Source of the DNA: Chromera velia
Lineage: Eukaryota
Length of the DNA stretch: 58,359 nt
NCBI GenBank assembly: GCA_018398765.1
Contig: JAHBMJ010000056.1
Location: 1-58,359, forward strand
Direction: 5' to 3'
The notes under the pieces: generated by a model
What the model was told of the DNA's origin: nothing
Database searches by the model: none
The model's input: the letters and a program-made list of their open reading frames with translations, nothing else
Shown here: positions 37,097-49,636 of the stretch, in pieces
Numbering within the stretch: the first letter of the stretch is position 1
Layout: each line of letters opens with the position of its first letter
Program-made: the position numbers and the translations under genes

Positions 37097-40000
37097 TTTC
37101 TTTCTCTCTTTCTTTCTCTCTTTCTTTCTTTCTTCACGTGTTTATTTATCTATGCCATATCCCTGTCTTGAAGTCTTTATGTGCTTCTTTCAATTTCTCT
37201 TGCTGCATTGGTGTGTGTCTGCAGGCTGTCGTGGCATTTATTTTCCCCGTCGTCGCAGTCTTCCTCATCTTCCTCGCTCAATTTCTCTATTCCATTATTG
37301 CGCCACTCGCCTGCAAGCGAAACATGAGGAACCACGAAATTTCCTGCGCACTGCCAACAGACCTCGCTGTCTTCGCAGAAAAAAGAGGTGCGTAGGAGGA
37401 AGCGAAAACGCGCTCCTGGCTTTCAATGCTTGTTTCTATCGCGTTGTGGCTTTGTGTGTCGGAATGCGCGTGCGCGTGTGCGCAATCCTGATCGTGCGTT
37501 TCTTCGGTTTGCCCCTCCGTGTTTTGTGTGCTTGTGTTCCTCTTCCATTTCTTCGTTATTCGGTGAAATTCTAGACTCACTCACTTCCTGGGACCTACGC
37601 AAATCCACAAAGTAATGCTGTGGCACTCCATCAGATTAGACGAACCCACCAATCAGAATTAACGGAAATATCGTACTAGCACTGTTGAACCATTCTTTTG
37701 ATGACTTTCCCTCCAATCTCTGGTGATCCATCTTTGCAGCAACTGTAGCTGCCGCAGCTGCTCGCGCTCAGGCTCTCAATGGCCGAGGAGAGGGCGAGGG
37801 AGACGATGATGTTGCAATGTCTGTGTACGGACAGCAGTCTAGAATGCAGAGCTTTGCAGCATCAGAAAGATCCCGGTCGTTCTCTGCCCTTTTGGCTGAC
37901 CCTCTCTTTGAGCAGCAGGGGGAAGTCAGTGAGTCAAGAGGCAGGCCTGGAGGCATGGGAGGGTTTCAAGGTTTGAGTGACGCACAGTATGCAAAGTGGC
38001 GGAGGAACACTGTCGAGGACTTGTCCCCTTCCACCAGACAGCAACTCAGATCGCACACGCTCCAAGAGATCAGACGTCAACACTCAGAAAAGCAACAGCA
38101 AGAAGAAGCTGAGGAGGAACTCGGGGGGGAGGGAGAGGGGGAGGGAGGACGTGCAAATGCGGTCGCTATTGCCGACGAAGGGGCAAGTGTTAGTAGAGGA
38201 GAGGAACCGGCAGCGCAACGTCTGGAAACACCGCGGCGATCCATTTTATCAAACCAATCTCCTGGGTCGGATTCGCGGTGGGTCAGCTGGCTTGGTCTTT
38301 AGTTGCCTTTTTTGGGCCCTTCCTCTATTTCATGACTCTGAGCCCAGCAGAAGCTTCGTTGTTGCTTTCACCTGTCTCTCCGTTTGTCTCGCTCTCCCTC
38401 TTTCCCTCTCTCTCTCTGTCTCGCTCTTTCTCTCTGCCGGTCTGCCTTTGAATCTTTTCTTCTCCCTTCCTTTCACTTTCTGAAAGGACTCTCCACTGTA
38501 TTTTTCGAAGGAGACCGGAGAGGGCGCAAAGTGGTGACATCGGGTAGAGAAGTTCAAACTCATGAAGAAACAAATCGGGATGTTTTACACGGCAGCCGAT
38601 TTCTTTCTTTTTTTCTTTCTCTCTATTTTTTTTTCTGTCTATCTTTCTTTCTTTCTACTTTGCTTTCTTTCTTTATTATGAGAAAGCAGACCGCCACGAT
38701 CTTCAGACAACGGAGAGGAGACCAACCAGCCTACACGAGAGAGAGATAAGACTGCTGAGGACAGAGACAAGTCTCCTCCCAGAAGAATGAGGGGAGACAG
38801 GCACAGCACACTGAGGCAGTCCCTGGTCAGTTGATGAAGCCGTGAGGATGATAGACCGACTGGACTGACTGTCCAAATGCGTCACTGGCTGACGGGCAAA
38901 AAGAGACGAACTGTTTGCCCTTCTGAATCTCCCTTTTTAACTCAGCATCAGAGAGAACAGAGAGACAGACAGTTAGACAGACAGACAGAAGCGTGCAAGC
39001 ATGCCAAAAAAGGAATTTCTTCGCTTCCCCCTTATTTGTTTGTCTCGGTTTTGCTTTCGATCATTTCTCCTTATTCGGTTTCCTGACGGCTACAGAGACC
39101 GGCAAATTAATAGGAACGCATTCAATACTACAATCAGACAAAGCGTATTTGCGTGGGGCATAATGAGAGGTCTGGGTTCTCTGGTCCTCTATTCTGCAAT
39201 GTGCATGTGCCATGTTTGGGTATGCAGATCAACATCTCCCGAATTTTCAGTCCAAAACCAAGAAACGAGAAGGCCCCCGAAAAGGAAAAGCCGCCAGAAA
39301 CAGAGGAGGAACAGGTCAGATGATGTTACAGTCAACACACAAACAAAGAAAGAAAGAAAGAAAGAAAGGACGACGGCCGATGCATGTGGCACTTTCATAT
39401 GAGAGGTCCTCTGAGTATCTCTCAATCTGACAGACAGACTTCCTTTTTTCGTGTCGGAAAAATCACATTACTCTCGATTCTTTTGAAGAGCTGTCAAAAA
39501 CAGTGTTTCAAGACTTGGATTCTAATCCTCTACCTTTCTGCCTGCCTGCTTGTTTGCAGGTAGAGAGAGTGCTTGCGGAGATAGAGGCGACAGACGATGC
39601 AGACCAACATTCAGCCTCATCCGCCCCCCTCCTTTTGGAAGCCGGCAGATTTCGGTGGAATGCCGCGAAACGAATTTTAAGAGGCGCAGTACCGACCCTC
39701 ATCATCCTCTTTTTCGTGGTGGGTGGGTTTTTCTGGGGATCCTTCCATGCCATTCTCTTTTTCGTGGTGGGTGGGTTTTTCTGGGGATCCTTCCATGCCA
39801 TTCTCTTTTTCGTGGTGGGTGGGTTTTTCTGGGGATCCTTCCATGCCATTCTCTTTTTCGTGGTGGGTGGGTTTTTCTGGGGATCCTTCCATGCCATTCT
39901 CTTTTTCGTGGTGGGTGGGTTTTTCTGGGGATCCTTCCATGCCATTCTAGCTCTTTTTTCTTGGATTGATAGTAACATTCCACCTCACGCTGCTGCAATG

Positions 40001-41459
40001 TGAAACTACTGTTTCCCCTTTTGAGCTATGGACAACAGAGGACCTGCAGTCTCTCTCTTCTTCGACAGACGAACATAATGTCGCAGAGCTCAAAGAGTTG
40101 CTCGGGTATGCTGGGTTGCACACAGAGGGGGGACATGGAGATATTTTGCGATGTAAATCCTCTGTCTCTCTTGCTCATCTTCCCTGCGTCTTCCTGTTTA
40201 CTACTGCATGTTGGTGTACGATCTCTCTATGAGGATGAAAACCTCTGAGCGCCCCCGCATGTCCTCATGACTGCCTGTGCGTGTGTGGATTGGATCATTC
40301 ACGTGTGGAAGGAATGAGTGATTTCTCTGATTAATCTATGAGCATGCATATCTCTGCAGGTCCACCCGATAATCAACGTCGTCCTCGCAGACACTCTCGC
40401 ATGCAAGTCAGTCGTCAGTCATTGAATTAGACAGACATGCAGCCAGCCAGTCGGACCTAGGTCTGCGTCTTTCAAACTGTGTGCCTGTGTGTCAAAGGGG
40501 CATCGGAAAACAAACTGATCTCTGCCGTTCTGCTTTTCATCGTCTCCTGCCGGAATGATAATCCTTCTTTTTTCCATTCTTTCCCTTCACTCCCCATTCT
40601 CCCAAGCCTGTCACCTTCTTGTGATAAATCGGTTGCGCAAGAGCTGTATGAGAAACGTGACCAGAGAATTCCTTTTCAATAGGTGTGCAAACACACATAC
40701 GTCCATATCTGCGCGACATGCGGTGCAGGTATTACGAGGAGGTGGACAGGACAGTGCACCACAACGACTCGGAACTGGACTGTAGAGGGGAGACCTACAG
40801 AAGGTTCCTGCCCCTGGTGTACTCTGGAATCGCTATTTGGGGTGTGTGAGGGGAGGGGAGGGGATCGAGGGGGGAGAATGCGTGCGTCTCATGTGAAGAG
40901 GTCCTGTTAAGTTTGCAGTTTTCCTGTGCCTCTCTGCCGTCCATCTCTGTCTGTCGGTTCTTCGGTCCGTCAGTCTGTTTGCCTCTGTGAATACATGGAT
41001 TCATGTATGCATATGCCGCTCTCCGTTTGCCCCTGCCTTCTGTCGCCGCATCATATCCCCTGGACTCCGGTGGCCGTCATGAATATAGTCCAGACCTTCA
41101 TTGTTGCAGCAACTATCTCAATCATGTGCATTTACAACGATCAGGAGTTCGACAGTTGACCTGTCGCTGGCATCAAAAAACGTCACGGCTCTCTTTTCTC
41201 TCAACTGACTGCGCGCGTTTATTCTTTTTATACTTCTGATTCGCTTTTTTTCCTGCAGGCTTTGGAATTCCTCTGGCGGCGTATGCAATTCTCTTCTTCA
41301 ACCGTCACCATCTCCAAAGCACGTGGTGCCGCCTTCAGTTCGGATTTCTCGTCAATTCCTTCCTTCAGCCTTCCTTGTATGGCTTCGACGGATCTGATTT
41401 TGCCTTCCTTATCTACGTGTACATCTGCGTCTTCTCAAAGAGCCAATTTGGTGTCTGCT

Positions 41460-41492
<33 letters not shown>

Positions 41493-41497
41493 CTCTT

Positions 41498-41534
<37 letters not shown>

Positions 41535-41631
41535 GTGTGTGTGTGTGAGAGAGAGAGAGAGTGTGTGTGTGTGAGAGTGTGTGTGTGTGTGTGTGTGCGT
41601 GTCTGTGTGTCTGTGTGTCTGTGTGTCTGTG

Positions 41632-41663
<32 letters not shown>

Positions 41664-41672
41664 TGTGTGCGT

Positions 41673-41703
<31 letters not shown>

Positions 41704-42304
41704 ATTTGCGGAACTTGATTTCCACAACAGTGCGTGTGTAGAATTCATAATTCACAGAAGGGTTCGTGTGTGTTCTTTCTCTGCAGTACAAGGGGTACCA
41801 GCTCCGTTTCTACTACTGGGAGTGCGTGTATGTGTATGCGTGTATGTATTTTCTTTCTCTGCAGTACAACGGGTACCAGCTCCGTTTCTACTACTGGGAG
41901 TGCGTGTATGTGTATGCGTGTATGTATTTTCTTTCTCTGCAGTACAACGGGTACCAGCTCCGTTTCTACTACTGGGAGTGCGTGTATGTGTGTGTGTATG
42001 TGTGTATGTACTTTCTTTCTGTGCAGTACAACGGGTACCAGCTCCGTTTCTACTACTGGGAGTGCGTGTATGTGTATGTGTGTATGTATTTTCTTTCTCT
42101 GCAGTACAACGGGTACCAGCTCCGTTTCTACTACTGGGAGTGCGTGTATGTGTATGTGTGTATGTATTTTCTTTCTCTGCAGTACAACGGGTACCAGCTC
42201 CGTTTCTACTACTGGGAGTGCGTGTATGTGTATGTGTGTATGTATTTTCTTTCTCTGCAGTACAACGGGTACCAGCTCCGTTTCTACTACTGGGAGTGCG
42301 TGTA

Positions 42305-42336
<32 letters not shown>

Positions 42337-42411
42337 ATTCCAATGAATGTATTTTCTTTCTGTGCAGTACAACGGGTACCAGCTCCCTTTCTACTACTGG
42401 GAGTGCGTGTA

Positions 42412-42443
<32 letters not shown>

Positions 42444-42590
42444 ATTCCAATGAATGTATTTTCTTTCTGTGCAGTACAACGGGTACCAGCTCCCTTTCTA
42501 CTACTGGGAGTGCGTGTATGTGTATGTGTGTATGTATTTTCTTTCTCTGCAGTACAACGGGTACCAGCTCCGTTTCTACTACTGGGAGTG

Positions 42591-42634
<44 letters not shown>

Positions 42635-45600
42635 ATTCCAATGAATGTATTTTCTTTCTCTGCAGTACAACGGGTACCAGCTCCGTTTCTACTACTGGGA
42701 GTGCGTGATCATGGCCAGGGAGGTCCTCGTGCACTATTTGCTTGTCCTGGACATCGAATACGAAAGCAAACTGACCCTCTTCGTCGTTGTCGGCCTCATC
42801 CTTGTCACTCTCCAGGTGGGTGTGCGGCAGTGCTCTCTCTTCCACATGCGCGTTTGTACAGTTGGGCGGGAGGGTGGGTGCGTCACTGTCCTCAGCAGCG
42901 ACGGAAGAAGATAGTTCACGCGAAGATAATGGTGAACTGTGCCGGTGTGTACACGTCTTCTTCCGCTTACTTTCTCTGCGATGTTCAGGCTGGCCTGTGT
43001 GCTTGCCTGCTTGTCATGCATTTTTTTCTGTCGTGGTGTGTGTCCCTACCTGCAGGCGGCCGCCAATCCTTTTGATTCCCGGGCCTATGGAGCACTGAAC
43101 ACCCTCGAGATGTTGTCTCTCTGGTTGGTCTGTTGCTGTCTCTCCTTCTCTTTCTTTTTTATGTGTGTCTTAGTCCGTCAGTACCCTTCCTTTTTTCTTT
43201 GTGTCTGAATATGATGCACTATATTTCTGTATCTTTCCATCATGAGTTTCTTCGCTGAGGTACAGTCACCGTGTCGTGGGCTTCATTTCGATCTCGGCAG
43301 CAAGCGCTGGAATGGAACCTTGCAAGAGGGAGGAGATGAGAAACAGTTTGCTGGAAGATATCAGTACTTTTCATCAATTGGTCTTAATTCTGACGGCAAC
43401 GTTCCTTCCTGCAGGTGCTTTACTATCAGTGCGATCGGCAATCTGTTCTGGGTGAACCCGACAGGAAACCAGAACGTGGACATTGCCCTGATGGTCATCC
43501 TGGTGGGGGTCTCAAACTTGCTCTATCTGCTCTATGCGGCAGGTAGGAAAGGCAAGGGCATGCAGGGATGTGCGGCCGAGGATTTGCATCATTTGAAAGA
43601 GCGGTCTGTGTGTCCAGGGCGGAGGAAGGTTTTGACTGACTGTGGAAGGAAGGTTGACCTTCAAGTTCGCGTATTCTGTCTGCATCCTTTCTGCTTTTCA
43701 CATTTGTCCTCTCTGTCACAGGACTCCTCTTCGAAGGTGCAAGTTTCGGGACTCCTTCTACTTGTTTGCTTACAATCCTCCGTTTGTGCTCTTCATTCAT
43801 TCCTTCCTTCTACTGCATCCATCCATGCAGGACTCCTCTTTGGAGGCGCCAAATTCCAAAGAGCGGCTCTTGGGTTCAGTCGGATGATCTCCCCAATGAC
43901 GTGGCTCGGAATGTGCATAAGCAGGTGGGTGGGTGGATGCGATGTACATCAGACCTCTCTCTTCGGAGACTCAGAGGCTCCCAAAATTCCCTTTTGCTGA
44001 GACCATATTAATAAATGGCGCATCCATCTGTCATTCACCACAAGGCCATGCAAGACTTCAAGCAAACAGACAGACAATGGCAGTGAACCCCAGTAATCTG
44101 TATGATTGCTCCGTATCTACGTAGTGATGCGCGCACTTAGATGCCTGTCATGGAAATGGAGAGAATGCGCATGCACTTTTTAAGTCAATTTACGGATGTA
44201 TGTTTCTGACTGGATGTGTGTGCAGGAAGCAGAGGGAGATCAAGGTTCCCAGATCGAACAGTAGAGGTCTGTTGAGGAAACACTCGTTCTTCGACAGATT
44301 CACCCAGAGGGCCAGGAGAGCCTCGGATGCTCTATTGCGAAGAGGGTCGAAGGTCGGCCAGGAAGTTTCTCAGAGGGGGGAAGGAGAAAATCAAAATCCC
44401 GTCTCTCCAGCTTCATCTGTCGTCAGTCCTGGAGATGAGAGAGAGCAGATGAGAAAGAGGGGACGCACACGGAGCACAGTCCAGATTAAGATCGAGCCTG
44501 AGGATTTGGAGGCTCAGAAAGGGGGGGGGAATTTGGAGGGAGTAGACTTAGAGGAGGGCCGCTTGGTTGAAGAGAACGCTGAGGGGGCGTGCCCTGTGGG
44601 CTCCCTGTCACCTCCGAAAATGCAGGTCCTATCACTGCAGGAAGGGAAGGGGGAAGCGGAAAGTTCTTCTTTAAAAAAGGCCGGGGGGATTGCGGGAGAA
44701 GAAGAAGGTGTAGAGGAGACGGGAGAGAGAAGAGCCTCAGGAGGAAAGGAGAGTCAAGATGAGAGTGCTGTGCCTGCTTCCTCCCCCCCAGTTCCAGTGG
44801 AAGAAACGGGGCCGGTATCGATTTTAAGAGAAAAAGAAGTGGGGGGAGGCGACTTTCAAGCCACAGCGAGTGGCCCCAACCGAAAGGAAACTTTTATGCG
44901 GAGGGCCACTCACGCAATACAGCAGACGGCGGACTTTGTGGCGGGGTCAGTCGAAGACGTAGAGGGATAGAGACACCAGCTGAATGTGCTATGCGATGGG
45001 GGTGACACTTTTCTTCTCCGGATCTCTAGATCCAAATTCGCCGTAGAGACAGGACGAAGAGTATTCAGACAGTGAAATTCCAACGTGACTGCATGCAGAG
45101 CGCAGATCACACACAAGATGCTTTGGTTTTCTTCTTTCTCTCGTTCGCCGCGGACGTTGTCGTCGTGCTTCTCTTCTCTTTTGACTCCATGTATTTGTCT
45201 GTTCTAAATTTCTCTGTGCGTATGGACTTTTTATTGTCACTGCAGATCGGTGGCATTTGACCGTCTGAACAAAAGAATTAAATTGGGGACACTGCCAGGA
45301 CCTGATCGCCACCTTTTGGCGACTGCATTTGCGGAAGCCTTGACGACGTGGGCGCAATTGCGTGTTTGTGTGTCTCTGTGTTTTTCAGATTTTTTGATTT
45401 CTTTTTGTGCGCAGAATATGCGAATGTCTGGGCTGTGTGCAGGAGGTCATGTGAAGGGTGCACGCGTATGTGCTGTCAGCATAGGGCGTCTGGGTGCACG
45501 CATGCGTCTTTTCGTTGGTGCATATGCATGTCCGCTGTCGCTATGGGGAAGATCGTGCGACTGTCTGTGGGTGCGTTGGTTTCTCTGCTTAGTGGGAGTG

Positions 45601-47777
45601 CTTTCTGTGTGAGGATGTGGGAGTGCTTTCTGTGTGAGGATGCGTCCATCTAGATGGTCATCGCCTGTGTGTCTGAACGCTTGCAGGTACATGCTTGACG
45701 AACAGGTTGAATTTTATGATTTTGGATTTGTTGAGGTTAGCTCGGCCAGTTGGGTGTCTTGGATGAATGGCTTCCTGTTTTTTCCTCGCCTCTTCTTTGA
45801 TTTCGTCGGTTCTCTTTGCCCTGCCCCCTTTCTGTAAGTTCTTTTTCTACTTTTTCCTTTCCTTTTCTAGGCCCTTCATCCTGATGTCTCGGAGAGTCTT
45901 TGTGCATATTTTTTGCCTTCCTAATTGAGATTTTGTTTTCAAGCCTTCCTTGCATCTTTGTTGATCCTTTTGTTTCCTTCCCCGACGCCGTGAGATTTGC
46001 TTTCTGTGCATATTTTATCTTGTATTTGGGTGTCGTTGGCTTCGTTGTGTTCAACACTTGCATACTTCCTGCGGCAATAAGCACCAAAACAAATTAAGTG
46101 CTTTCTTTCGGACATCATGCCCCTGCCTGCCCTCCCCGTGCACCCACAAACAAACAAAACATTTCATTTCATGTATGCACCCATGTACACATGCACACAT
46201 GCAGGCCATGACCAAAAGAGCCTTCAAAGCAGTGTACGAGAGGCAAGTTGCAATCCAGGAATTGGAAGCTTTGCGACAAGAGAAGAGCAAATGGTCGTTG
46301 AAGCACGCGCAGCTCCGTCTGAAGACTTTCATGAGGTCAGCTGAGGAGAAATAGACGTAGAGAGAGAGAGAGAGAGAGAAGCACACCGAGTTCTCATCGC
46401 TCTTGTCATGTGCTTTATCATCGCTCTTGTCTTGTCATGCAGGTCTGCTCGACATGTCCTGAAACTGAACAAGGATAAGTCCCGACAGAAGTCAAGAGAG
46501 AGACATCGCACCAAGAGACGCCCCACGGCAGTTCTTGATGCCGTGAACATCACAGTGCCAGAGTTGCAGGTAGGTCAGCCAGAAATATGCCAGGGGAGGA
46601 ATTGACTTGACTGAACAGGTCGACATGCGTGCTTGTCGGCCCAGCTGGCGATAGGCACCCGATGTTGACAAAAACTTGTATTAATATCAATATCTATGTG
46701 CAAAAGTTTACTGCGAGTTCGAGTACATGAGTAGAGAGTCTTCTAAGACGGGACCTTCCTCTGTTGGGTCGTCCGTATGAATTCTTCTCACATTGCTCGT
46801 TCGCTTCTTCAAGTTGATGCCCTTCCATTCGGTTCTTTCATTTTCCTTCAGAGAATTCAATCTGCTTCTCTGCTTTCTTCCGAAAAGAGTCCATGCTCAT
46901 CTCTCTGTATCCAGACAGACCCCTCATGGTATGTGCTCTAAGACTGACTGTCCTTCCCGAGCCGTCTCCCATCATTTGTCCATCTGCCCTTCTCCACCGT
47001 CCTGGTAGCATTTGTACTATGTGCCCTGATACATACATTCTTGTGCATTTGCAGATCGCCATTATGGATTTGATGTATTCGAATTACCCAAAGGCCTTTT
47101 ACCAGAATGCCCTTCACAGAGCAGCCCAAAAGATGCACCTAGAGAGCCAGAACACAATGAACAGGGCCCCCTCCTTCGGGGGAGACGCGACGGGAGGGGG
47201 GGAGTGCCTCGGAGGTCCGAGCAGTAGGCTTGGATCCCGACAACAGAGTATGCACAGTATGGACAGGAACCTTCATAAGTCCTTCACGGCCCCGATAGGA
47301 GGAGGCCAGAGCCGTAGGGAATCACAACAGTCCGAAAGATCTTCTGGAGGCAAGTCCATGCGCATGGCTTCCTCTGCGATGATGAAGCGCTCGTCTCTCC
47401 TCAGAGGACCGGGGGGAGACGGCGGGACCTCCACACCAAAAGCACCAGAGCAGTCACAGCGTAACATGATGCGGGCATCGGTCTCGTTCATGGAACCCAA
47501 CAGGGCCGCTCTGTCTGAGAGTCTGAGTGGTGGTATGCATGGGGGGCAGGGCGGGTATGCTGGGAGTGATAGTGAGAGCAGCAGTGGGGAGGAATTGATG
47601 CCGAAACGCAGCGCTCAAGGGGGAGGAGGGGGTGTTGGAGAGGCGGTAGGTGACAGCCAGGCGCCTGAAATGAAGAAAAAAGAGGAAGTGGAGACGGACC
47701 AGGAAGAAGCGGGCGTGTTAGGTATGTCGACGACTGAGGTGAATGATGCCGTTGAAAGAGTTTTGACTGAAATGTGA
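33461..47777 (+). CDS. Cysteine-repeat modular protein (CRMP)-like: signal peptide, GCC2/GCC3 (ephrin-receptor-like) Cys repeats, multipass TM domain, long cytoplasmic tail; >20 exons
   Basis: Exon 1 (33461-34493) has a signal peptide and [21 protein letters not shown]...CTECPAG repeats. Further segments: [29 protein letters not shown] region [63 protein letters not shown]. Tail exons at 45247, 45687, 46205, 46443 and 47054-47777 splice in phase. Confidence 0.8.
39703..39948 (+). repeat. 5 x 48-bp tandem array spanning an exon/5' splice-site junction
   Basis: Units start at 39703, 39751, 39799, 39847 and 39895. Each contains CTCTTTTTCGTG|GTGGGT; the first donor is at 39719. Confidence 0.95.
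41770..42707 (+). repeat. 11-copy tandem array of 3' splice site plus first 39 nt of an exon
   Basis: TGCAG|TACAACGGGTACCAGCTCCGTTTCTACTACTGGGAGTGC starts at 41787, 41865, 41943, 42027, 42105, 42183, 42261, 42368, 42475, 42553 and 42666. Only the last continues into the coding exon. Confidence 0.95.
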
Positions 47778-48699
47778 GTGAGGGCTGAAAGAAATGAACC
47801 AAATTGGAAGGGAGGGAGCATGTATAGAGAGCGAGATGCTACGGGAAACTTTATTGGAAGAAGAGAATCCTGGAAGCCGGCATACCCAAAAAGCCTGAAG
47901 ATGGCCAGAGAGGGAGATTGCTGCATGTAGATTGTTGCTTTCTGAACCTGTCGAGTGACGGAATGTTGCCAAAGGGAGAGAAAAACAGAGGTTTCGAGAC
48001 AGAGAATACCGTCTTTGTCCTTTCCTTGTTTTTTTGCTTTTTGGGCGGAAAAGGAGGAGATGAGAAGGGGCACCAAAATGAATTAAAGAAAGAACCACAG
48101 ACAGGCAGATGGACGGACGGGCGGACGGAGAGAGAGGCAGACACATAGACAGACAGACGGACGCGGGCAGGTTTGTAATGCTGTCCCAATTTGGTTAATT
48201 TTCCTGGGACCTATCATGTCGCGTCAAACTTCTCGGCTTCACCGGTTTTAGTTCACACACTGAAACCTTCGCCAAAGCATAGGTCGACAAGCCGAGAAAT
48301 ATGACGGTGGCTTTTCGCTTTTCTTTGCTGCTGAAAAACGACGATCATGAAGGATCAGAGACAAAGCAACAGGCAGAAGACGTGAAAGCACTATTTTTTG
48401 ACTCAGGATGTCGCACATATTTACTTGCTACCTTGGGAGACTTTCAGAAAGATGCTTCGTTGGGTTTATCGAAGAGGTGGCTTCCTAAACGGGGAAAGCC
48501 GCCAAATCGACCAAGCTCTCAAGAGGCGTCAACAAAGAATTAGTCATCACGTGGACTCATTCGTCCGCGATCAGGCTCGCTCAGGCTCAAGCAGTCACCC
48601 ACACACGATCATCCGAAAAATATGTGCTACTTTAAATTTGCTGGGAGCTGCATTGCGCGGCAGCACAAACTGAGCAAAGGATTGTTGCAGGAGTGTCTA

Positions 48700-49560
48700 A
48701 AAACCTAACATTTATAAGTTAACTGCATATGGAAGCATGAGCACATCAGTCTACTACTAGTAGCGACAACTATTCATAAGTCAAACGTTATGCAATCCAC
48801 AGCAATCGTCGCTTGCATATAGTTTTTAAAGCGTGAATCCTACTGGGAATCCTAGTTTAAAATTTTGAATCAATCTTTAAAAGTTAAACTGTTCAATTAT
48901 ACTTCAATAAAAATTAAATGGAAGCTACAATAGAAGTTTCTTTAATCTGCTAGTTGAGCTTGAGATACTTATTTATTTTACGTTTCTTCTTTTGATTATA
49001 AATTCATTTAGTCAATTAACTTGAACTTATAATACTAATACATAGATTAACTTTGTAGCTTTTCATATGTATAGACTAGTGCATACTAAAAGCACCAGCT
49101 AAACACCATATACTGGTTTAGTTTTTAATTAAATAACTATGATGCATATAATGACACGCTATCGTTACTAGCAGCGTTATCTATATCCAGAGCTAGGCTC
49201 AGCTAGCAGGATGTTTCTAATGTTATATGCAGGGAAAAGTTGTTGTTTTTAGGACGCCACGCTATACTGTCTTAATCAACATTTCCTAGAACATTTCAAG
49301 TGAAAAACTACACTTGGATCTAAGGTTTATCACTTTGCTTTTTAGTACATAGTATTAATACATACTAGTGATTCAAACTAGAATTAAAAATCTTTACACA
49401 AAGACTGACAAAATCTTTGTTATTCATGTTGTGTGATCATGATAAGCATTGACAGTACACTGTCAGTAGTTCTACTATGCCAGTACGTACTCTTTATGAA
49501 AGTGTTATTCAATTAATAGTAAATAGTTCACTCTGAAACTCCAGAAGTTCAAGTGTTGGA
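48700..49560. repeat. AT/TpA-rich intergenic island 4
   Basis: Compositional shift between convergent genes. Shares a 22-bp segment (49175-49196) with island 3 (20868-20889). Confidence 0.6.
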
Positions 49561-49636
49561 CCTCAGAAGTTCAAGTGCTTGGGATTTTTGCACACAGGAA
49601 GCTGATCACACCCTACCTAGTAGATCACCGAACGCT

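Noticed and set aside
41770..42707. Repeat-spacer pattern resembling a CRISPR array
   Set aside because: Spacers are near-identical microsatellite/acceptor sequence, the repeat is host exon sequence, the context is eukaryotic, and there are no cas genes.
44968..44970. In-frame TAG within the CRMP-like gene, suggesting readthrough, recoding or pseudogenisation
   Set aside because: An 84-nt intron 44946-45029 (GTCAGT donor, pyrimidine tract, TAG acceptor) removes it and keeps the frame. cDNA is needed to be sure.
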